From NCBI GenBank assembly GCA_031372065.1, contig JANMKN010000094.1, positions 1 through 18,689 on the forward strand: a stretch of 18,689 bases of DNA. The letters run 5' to 3'. This DNA comes from Abditibacteriaceae bacterium (GTDB taxonomy: Bacteria; Armatimonadota; Abditibacteriia; Abditibacteriales; Abditibacteriaceae). Below are positions 1 through 6,600 of the stretch, piece by piece; the stretch's first letter is position 1, and every line of letters starts with the position of its first letter. A program made the translations under genes and the position numbers. The notes below the pieces were generated by a model. The model was not told where the DNA came from. It saw only the letters and a list, made by a program, of their open reading frames with translations, and searched no databases.

Positions 1-2
1 CC

Positions 3-137
3 GCCTTTGATCCGGTCGCCTTCATGAAGCGGCACATGGACCGGATCACCTATGTGCATTTCAAGGACATTGATCCGAAGGTGCGCGCGGAGGCGATCGC
101 CAACAGCACGGATTTCAATAGGTGGCAACTTGGGTAA
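3..137 (+). pseudogene. Fragment of a sugar-phosphate isomerase/epimerase TIM-barrel gene (IolE/MocC inosose dehydratase-like), 5'-truncated by the window edge and breaking off near nt 117
   Basis: Frame +3 reads AFDPVAFMKRHMDRITYVHFKDIDPKVRAEAIANSTDF, which has the 'I-x-Y-V-H-F-K-D' strand typical of AP_endonuc_2/IolE-like proteins. It then runs into NRWQLG* instead of the expected F-x-x-L-G-x-G-x-V-D-F continuation. Confidence 0.6.
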
Positions 138-194
138 ATAGCATTCTGGTTAACGTGTTCCAAGCCCTGCCTTAGCCTTGCGGCGCCCTGCCGC

Positions 195-417
195 GTTATC
201 GCTTTCCCTATCCGCCCTATCGCTTTGGCTTCCCGTCGTATCGCTTTCGTTTGCCGTCGTATCGCTTTGGCTTCCCGCCGTATCGCGTTAGCTTGCCGTT
301 GTATCGCTTCGGGCATAATTCGTATCGCTGCGACTCGCCGCTGCATTGCCGTGAGCATAATCCGTATCGCTTTGGCGATAATTCGTATCGCTTTGGGCAT
401 AATTGGTATCGCTTTAA
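195..417. repeat. Degenerate tandem array of 11 units with a 21-bp period, core TATCGC(T)
   Basis: TATCGC starts at 197, 218, 239, 260, 281, 302, 323, 365, 386 and 407. The 344 unit is degenerate (CATTGC). Spacing is exactly 21 nt throughout. Confidence 0.9.
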
Positions 418-510
418 CGATAGATTGAAATGATTTCGAATTCCACTGGCGAAAAACGGCTGTTCGCGGAGAAGCGCGGCGCTACACTGCACAAAAGTTT
501 GCGTTTTCTC

Positions 511-942
511 ATGCGACAGGGCTATTTTTCGCGTTTGGCACAGCGACATCCCTTTGGGCGATGGTTTCCGTTGCTGCTTGTCGCGTTACAAGTCGTCGCA
601 CCGTTGTGGCACGTTTGCGAAATGAGCGGCAACTGCGCGGATTGCCACGGCAAAAAGGGCGCATTGGTTTGCCGTGGCACGAAGAAATCTGCCGCGCCGC
701 GCTGTAAACACTGTAAGGTTGTCGCTTTTATCGGCGCCGATAGTCGTTCGGAGCGTTTTAAAGGCACCTGTTTAGCGCGCGAACTCATGAGTATGGCGCG
801 CGTGACTGTCGCGCCCTTAGCTCTTAAATTTCAAATTACACGCGTGCGCGTTCACCGTCCAAAACACGCGCCGCAACGTGAATTTTTCGCTTCCAGCCTT
901 CCTCCTTCACGCGGCCCGCCTGCGCCTTTCGTTGTTTTGTAA
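511..942 (+). CDS. DUF2946/CruR/CutF-like metal-sensing leader protein with a C-terminal RGPP ribosome-arrest motif
   Basis: N-terminal basic plus hydrophobic segment (RWFPLLLVALQVVAPLW), then a Cys/His-rich region (HVC, CADCH at 634-648, CKHC at 703-714, CLAR at 769-780), then a Pro-rich tail LPPSRGPPAP with RGPP at 910-921. It lies directly upstream of an HMA gene. ATG 511 is preferred over ATG 430, but the start is uncertain. Confidence 0.8.
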   Translation: MRQGYFSRLAQRHPFGRWFPLLLVALQVVAPLWHVCEMSGNCADCHGKKGALVCRGTKKSAAPRCKHCKVVAFIGADSRSERFKGTCLARELMSMARVTVAPLALKFQITRVRVHRPKHAPQREFFASSLPPSRGPPAPFVVL

Positions 943-960
943 TTGTCATCAACGAAAGGA
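925..960 (+). promoter_or_regulatory. Shine-Dalgarno-sequestering hairpin (translational attenuator)
   Basis: CCTTTCGTTG (925-934) is the perfect reverse complement of CAACGAAAGG (950-959). The 3' arm overlaps the SD AAAGGA (955-960), which lies 6 nt before ATG 967. Confidence 0.8.
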
Positions 961-966
961 ATTTTC

Positions 967-1476
967 ATGTTTGAATTTAGTAAACCGCGCCACGTTTTTT
1001 CCGGCGTTTGGTTTTTCGTCTCATTGTTTTTATGCGTTTTGCCTGTTTTCGCCGACAATACAGCGACAAAAACGCCCGTTCGCGCCTTGAGTTTTCAAAT
1101 CGCCGTTGAGTGCAATTGCGCTTCGTGCGTGTTTGATGTGCAACGCGACTTGAAAAAATTCGCGGGCGTGCAAAGCGCCAAATTCAACGGCAAAACGCAT
1201 CGCATCGAAATCGGATTTAATGAAGGCACGCACACAGTTTCGGAATTGACGCACGCCGTGGTGAAATCGGAGTTGGGCAAAGGCGCGGCGCTGTGTTGGA
1301 GCGTGCCAGCGGGCAGCAAAGCCGAAACTTTGGTCAAGGCACTCTTGAATGTGCCCGGCGTGCAAAGCGCGCGTTTGGATAAATCTGGCCTGATTTTGCT
1401 GACTTTCAAAAACGCGCCCGCCGTGAAATTGCAACAATTGGACGAGGCTACCAAAGGAGCCAGCGATGAAAAGTAA
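967..1476 (+). CDS. Exported heavy-metal-associated (HMA, CopZ/MerP-like) protein with two HMA-like domains
   Basis: Signal peptide ending LPVFA-D. The first domain has ECNCASC followed by LKKFAGVQSAKFN. The second domain (LLNVPGVQSARLD) lacks the Cys pair. The SD supports ATG 967 rather than TTG 943. Confidence 0.8.
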   Translation: MFEFSKPRHVFSGVWFFVSLFLCVLPVFADNTATKTPVRALSFQIAVECNCASCVFDVQRDLKKFAGVQSAKFNGKTHRIEIGFNEGTHTVSELTHAVVKSELGKGAALCWSVPAGSKAETLVKALLNVPGVQSARLDKSGLILLTFKNAPAVKLQQLDEATKGASDEK

Positions 1477-2182
1477 GTTTGGTGGCAGTTTTGCCGGAGC
1501 CGCATTGCTTGTTTTTTCAGCTTGCAATCCGGCAGCGGCGCATCACGGACGCGATTTTTTGCTGCTCGAAACCGACGATATGCCCGCCAAAGGCGACAGT
1601 TATTTGGTGGCGACAGTGGACACCATTCGCACCAAAGATGAGCGCGCTACAGAAATCACGCCGGGCCTCGTTTTGCGCGCCGGAAACCGCGTTGCCATTG
1701 AACCTCATTTTCATATCGCGCGTGAGGCGGGCGAAAGTTTTCGCTATGCCGCTTCGGCGCTGGGCGTGCGCTTGCGGCTCGGCGACATCGGACACACTGG
1801 CTGGCGTGCTGCTTTGAGCGGCGAAGTGGAAGTCACGCGCAACCGCGCCGCCGAACCGACGGGCGGCACGTTTCGCTTTATCGCGGCCACCACGCGACCC
1901 TGCGCGTTAGTGACAGCTAATGTTATTGTCGGCCATGAATTTACAGCGGGCGGCGCGTCGAATTATGCACTGGGACTCGGTGCGCTGGCGCCGCTTTCTA
2001 ATGGCGATCAAGTGGGCATTGAAAGCATCGTATCGCTGCCGTTGCGCGAAGGTATCGAAATTTTGCCGTCCTATTCGCATCGTTTCGGCAAACGCACACA
2101 GGGCAAAATCGGCGTCGGCGTTTTTCACGCGCGCGGTTTCACATCGGGCACTTTGCACGCGCAGTTGGTGCAGCGATTTTGA
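1466..2182 (+). CDS. Putative outer-membrane beta-barrel protein with an N-terminal His-His motif
   Basis: Signal peptide ending PAAA, then HHGRDFLLLE. Alternating amphipathic strands (LGVRLRLG, KIGVGVF) and a C-terminal Phe (LHAQLVQRF, BAM-signal-like). Overlaps the upstream gene by 11 nt and has SD AAGGAG. Confidence 0.65.
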   Translation: MKSKFGGSFAGAALLVFSACNPAAAHHGRDFLLLETDDMPAKGDSYLVATVDTIRTKDERATEITPGLVLRAGNRVAIEPHFHIAREAGESFRYAASALGVRLRLGDIGHTGWRAALSGEVEVTRNRAAEPTGGTFRFIAATTRPCALVTANVIVGHEFTAGGASNYALGLGALAPLSNGDQVGIESIVSLPLREGIEILPSYSHRFGKRTQGKIGVGVFHARGFTSGTLHAQLVQRF

Positions 2183-2240
2183 ATTTTGCCTTTACGCGTG
2201 GCGTGCAAGCGTCATACTTTCTGTGATGAAGGAGTTGCAC

Positions 2241-2981
2241 ATGAGATGTAAAATTTGGCGATGGGCCACCCTTGCGACGTTGCCTCTCGTTTTGCCGTTG
2301 GCGCTATCCGGTTGCACCTCCGGCGGCGCCAATGTGGAAGTGAAAAACGAAACTGCCGTTGTCGGGCATCAATCGGGCGAGGCGCTTTTGGGGCCGGACG
2401 GCAAGCCGCGCTACAAACTCAATCCCAATTTGCCGCACGCTTATTCCAAAAAAGAAGCTGTGGTGCGTCGCATCAAAATCAATGAACCCGCGCCGGATTT
2501 CAAAATGCCAACATTGGATGGCCAAACGCTCAAACTCAGCGATTTTCGGGGCAAAGCCGCGCTTTTCATGTTCGCCGATACAACTTGCCCGTGCGTCAAG
2601 GCTTACGCTGACCGCATGAAAGCCTTGGATGCGAAGTTTGGCGAGTTCGGCTTGAAAACCATTTACATTTTTTCCAACGGCAAAACTGACACGAAAGACG
2701 AAATCGCGCAGTTTGTCAAAGCGCAAGATTACAAATGGCCGATTGTCTTGGATTTAAATCAAACGCTGCTCAAGCAGTTTGATGCCGCCTGTTCGACTGA
2801 AGTGTTTTTGTTTGACCCGAAAGGGCGTTTGCGCTATCACGGACGCATTGACGACGATACGTTTGAACCCGGCGCGGTGCGCGAACGCGATTTGCAAGCC
2901 GCCGTTGTCGCCGTTCTTGATGGCCGCGCTGTGCCCGACGCCGAAACCCAAGCCTTTGGCTGCGCGTTTCCAAAACTTTGA
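2241..2981 (+). CDS. AhpC/TSA-redoxin family (PRX_like1-type) thioredoxin-fold lipoprotein
   Basis: SD GAAGGAG at 2228-2234 and lipobox LSGC. Motifs APDFKMPTLDGQTLKLSDFRGK, TCPCV, LRYHGRIDD and C-terminal AFGCAF. The ORF-track start at 1920 overlaps the previous gene and is rejected. Confidence 0.85.
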   Translation: MRCKIWRWATLATLPLVLPLALSGCTSGGANVEVKNETAVVGHQSGEALLGPDGKPRYKLNPNLPHAYSKKEAVVRRIKINEPAPDFKMPTLDGQTLKLSDFRGKAALFMFADTTCPCVKAYADRMKALDAKFGEFGLKTIYIFSNGKTDTKDEIAQFVKAQDYKWPIVLDLNQTLLKQFDAACSTEVFLFDPKGRLRYHGRIDDDTFEPGAVRERDLQAAVVAVLDGRAVPDAETQAFGCAFPKL

Positions 2982-2987
2982 AATAGA

Positions 2988-3078
2988 AACACAAAGAACA
3001 CAGAGGTTTCTACAAAGAACACCAAGAAAAATACAAGCTCTTTGTGAAACTTTGTGCGATCTTTGTGTTCTTTGTGTT
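2988..3078. repeat. REP-like intergenic imperfect palindrome (ACACAAAGA-type units)
   Basis: AACACAAAGAACACAGAG (2988-3005) pairs with CTTTGTGTTCTTTGTGTT (3061-3078), 17/18. An inner ACAAAG/CTTTGT pair is also present. Confidence 0.75.
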
Positions 3079-3091
3079 GCGAGGAAAGACA

Positions 3092-3499
3092 ATGAAAAAA
3101 CTCATGCTCACCGTCGCATTATGCGGCTTGATGTTGCCCGTCGCGGCCCACAAAGACAAAGCGGGCAAACAATGCAAAACGGAAAAAACCGCCCTGAAAA
3201 GCTGCTGTTCGATGCTTTCGCGCAGCGCGATGCTGAAAAATTCCAGCAAAACTGTCGCTTCAGCAAGCGCCAAAAAGACTGACAAAACTGCCATTTATGC
3301 TGTCAGCGGCATGACCTGCGACGGTTGCGCCAGCGGTTTGCAAGCGGGACTTGCCAAAGAAAAAGGTGTTGGCAGCGTAAAAGTGGACTTGAAAACCAAA
3401 AAAGCCACGCTGCTTTTCGACCCGAAGCAAACCGACGCCAAAAAACTCGAAGCCGCTTTTGCGCGCAAAGGTTTTCCGGCGAAGCTTGTAAAAAGTTAA
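3092..3499 (+). CDS. Exported HMA-domain metal-binding protein (MerP/CopZ-like)
   Basis: SD GAGG at 3081-3084. Signal peptide MKKLMLTVALCGLMLPVAA, a Lys-rich linker with a CC pair, and the canonical VSGMTCDGC...GVGSVKVDL...GF HMA domain. Confidence 0.9.
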   Translation: MKKLMLTVALCGLMLPVAAHKDKAGKQCKTEKTALKSCCSMLSRSAMLKNSSKTVASASAKKTDKTAIYAVSGMTCDGCASGLQAGLAKEKGVGSVKVDLKTKKATLLFDPKQTDAKKLEAAFARKGFPAKLVKS

Positions 3500-3500
3500 A

Positions 3501-3611
3501 ATTCACCGCTGAGGATGCAGAGCGCGCAGAGCAGAGAAAAGAAGAGGGAGATTTGAAATTCTCCAAAATCGTTGTTTCCTCTTCGCGTTTTCTGCATCCT
3601 TTGCGGTGAAT
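3501..3611. repeat. REP-like intergenic imperfect palindrome (CACCGC-GAG-GCAGAG type)
   Basis: ATTCACCGCTGAGGATGCAGA (3501-3521) versus TCTGCATCCTTTGCGGTGAAT (3591-3611) is 19/21 complementary, with internal GCAGAG reiterations. Confidence 0.75.
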
Positions 3612-3618
3612 GAAAAAC

Positions 3619-3647
3619 AGCCCCGGCGATTTTGCGTCGGGGCTTTT
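3619..3647 (+). terminator. Probable intrinsic terminator of the metal operon
   Basis: Stem AGCCCCGGCG / CGTCGGGGCT (one G-U pair), 6-nt loop and a short T tail, preceded by an A run. Confidence 0.55.
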
Positions 3648-3666
3648 CGTGCGTTACCGAAGCCTT

Positions 3667-6600
3667 ATGCAATTACTCGATCTCGTTGCCTCGCAATTCG
3701 ATTTTCAAAAAGCCGCAGAAGATTCGGCGCTGAGTTTCTATGGCGCGCCGTCGCCTTCGTGGGCCACGCTGGCGGCGGCGCTGCAAAATGCGCGCGGCGG
3801 GCACGTTTTGCTCCTTGTGCCCAACAGCGAAGCGGCGGAAAATGCCGCCAGCGATTTGCAGGCGCTCTTTGCGCTTTCCGAAACCGCGCCGCCCGAAGTG
3901 GCGCTTTTCCCCATTCCTGACCGCGCCGGTTTTGAAGACGGCACCGGCGACCGGGGCGCTGTTCAAGACCGCCTTGCGGTTCTCGATATTTTGCACGGCA
4001 CCGCGCCCGCCCTTGTCGTGGCGCCGGTCAATGCCCTTGCGCATCCGACTTTGCCCGCCAACGAATTGCGGCACGGTTACGACACCATAAACAAAGGCCA
4101 GACGCTTGACCGCGATGAATTTATCGAGCATCTTTCGGGAACGGGCTACGAGCGAATGCCGCAAGTCGAAGCGCCCGGCCATTTTGCCGCGCGCGGCGGT
4201 CTGATTGATTTTTTCCCGCCTGCCGCGCGCGAAGCGATTCGCATCGAGCTTTTTGGCGACGAAGTAGATTCGATTCGCTGCTTTGACGTGGATTCGCAGC
4301 GCAGCACCACGAAGTTAGATAGTGTAAGACTTACACCTCCACGCGAAATTTACTTGGCGCCCGAAAAAGGCCGCAAAATCGCCGTGCAATTGCAGGATTT
4401 ATTGGATGAACAAGCCGCGCAATTGCGCCGCGCCGCCAGATTAGACGAAGCCAATCATTTAGTGGAAGCCGTCGGGCGCGATATTCAACGCTTGAGGCAA
4501 GGCGTTTACTTCGACGGCCTTGACCGCTACCGCGCCTTGCTTTACCCGCAGCGCCCGACTTTGCTCGATCATTTGCCGCCCAGTAGCCTTGTGATTTGGG
4601 CCGATCCGACGCGCTGCCAAAGCCAAAACACGCGCCTGATAGACGAAGACCAAAGCACACGCGATGCCGCCGTTGAAGCGGGCGATGCCCTGCGTTTGCC
4701 CGAAGGCCCGTTGTGCGATTTCGCCAGTTTGAAGAAACGCGCCGATGATTTTTCGAGTGTGCAATTTCATGTTCAGCAAGATGAAAATTCCGCACTTCAC
4801 ACTCCGCATTCCGCACTCGATATTCATCTGCCTCCCGTTTTCGGCGGCAAGTTGGAGCAGGTTCTCGAATGGGTGCGCACATGGCAGCGGCGGGGCGGTA
4901 TTGTGGTTTTGTCCAGCGCCCATGCGCGGCGCGTGCGCGAAATTTTGGCCGATGGCGATGTGCGCCATGTGCATTTGCTTGATGCCGTCACCGAACCACA
5001 AGCGGGCCTCGTTTTGGTGATGGGTCAGCGTTTGAGTAGTGGCTTCACTTTCGGCGACGTGAATAGTGGTCAGTGGTCAGTGGTCAGTGGTCAGAGATTA
5101 GCCGTTCTCACCGATTCTGAAATGTTCGGTTGGCGCACGGAGCCGGTGCGATTGGCGGCCAAGCGCAAGTCGAAAAAGAAGCGTGAAGTGACAGCAAAAA
5201 AAGGCAGCGCTGCCGCTTTAACCGATTTGGCCGATTTGCGTGAAGGCGATTTCGTGGTGCATATCAATCACGGCATTGCGCGCTATGGCGGCGTGGCGCG
5301 GCGTGAAGTGGCGGGTGCGGTCAACGATTATTTGATGCTGGAATACGAAGGCACTGACCGTCTCTATGTGCCGGTTTCGCAGCTTGACCGCGTGCAAAAA
5401 TATCTTGGTTCCGGCGATGGCACGCCGCCTCTCAACTCGCTCAAAGGTAACGCGTGGGAGCGCACCAAAAAACGTGTGCGCGAAGAAACCGCGCAAATCG
5501 CCAAGCAATTGGCCGAACTTTACGCTTCGCGCGAACAAGCCGAAAAACTGCCTTATCCGCCCGATTCGCCGTGGCAGCGCGAAATGGAATCGGCCTTTCC
5601 CTACGAAGAAACGCCCTCGCAATTGCAAGCCATCAAGGATGCCAAAAGCGATCTCGAAAATTCCAAGCCAATGGATAGGTTAGTGTGCGGCGATGTCGGC
5701 TATGGCAAAACCGAAGTGGCAGTGCGCGCCGCCTTTAAAGTGGCGCAGGAAGGCCGCCAAGTCGCCGTTTTGGTGCCGACAACCGTTTTGGCGCAGCAGC
5801 ATTATCAAACCTTTTCTGAGCGCCTCGCGCCTTATCCGACAAGGGTTGAAGTGATGTCGCGCTTTCGCACACCGGGCGAACTTCGCAAAATCGCCGACGA
5901 TGTCAGGCTGGGTGCTGTGGACATTCTTATCGGCACGCATCGCCTTTTATCGGGCGATGTGCAGTTCCGCGATTTGGGCCTTGTCGTGGTGGATGAAGAA
6001 CAGCGTTTTGGCGTGTTGCAAAAAGAAAAACTCAAAGAAATGCGCGCCGAAGTGGATATTCTCACGCTGTCGGCCACCCCGATTCCGCGCACTTTGCATT
6101 TCGCGCTCGGCGGCCTGCGCGAACTGTCTTTAATCACCGACCCGCCGCCCGGACGCCTTGCCGTAAAAACTTTTATTGCGCCTTACAAAGATGACGTAGT
6201 GCGCCAAGCGATTGAACGCGAAATCGAGCGCGAAGGGCAAATTTACTACGTTCACAACCGCATTCAAAGCATTCATCATGTCGCCGAACATTTGCGCCAA
6301 TTGGTGCCGCACGCGCGCATTGGTGTCGGGCACGGACAAATGGGTGATGAAGCGCTCGAACAAGTGATGCTCGACTTTATGCATCGCCGCACGGATGTTT
6401 TATTGTCCACAACGATTATCGAAAACGGCCTTGACTTACCGAATGTCAACACCATAATTGTTGACCGCTCGGAACTGTTGGGATTGTCGCAAATGTATCA
6501 ATTGCGTGGGCGCGTCGGGCGCAGTCCTCGTCAGGGTTACGCTTATTTTTTCAGTGGCGCACGCGGCAAACTATCGGTTGCCAGTGAAGAACGCTTCGCG

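Noticed and set aside
195..417. CRISPR array
   Set aside because: The period is only 21 bp with a 6-7 nt conserved core, the intervening parts resemble each other, and there are no cas genes.
483..488. TACACT as the -10 box of the metal operon
   Set aside because: The position is plausible, but there is no supporting -35 or extended -10 element.
50..549. ORFs 50..400(-), 217..549(-), 225..428(+) and 251..433(+) as confident genes
   Set aside because: Their openness is explained by the stop-poor 21-bp repeat. There is no clear SD or family motif to choose among them.
634..648. Leader protein as a c-type cytochrome
   Set aside because: A single CADCH within a Cys-rich leader. The RGPP tail and gene context explain the protein better.
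2186..2218. Internal promoter before the redoxin gene (CATACT at 2213-2218)
   Set aside because: The -35 candidates are weak or badly spaced, so it cannot be supported from sequence alone.
1920..2240. N-terminal extension of the redoxin ORF
   Set aside because: It overlaps the beta-barrel gene in another frame. The SD and lipoprotein signal point to ATG 2241.
967..3499. mer or cop resistance operon
   Set aside because: No merR/merT/merA, copA, cus or multicopper oxidase gene is present. HMA motifs alone do not identify the metal.
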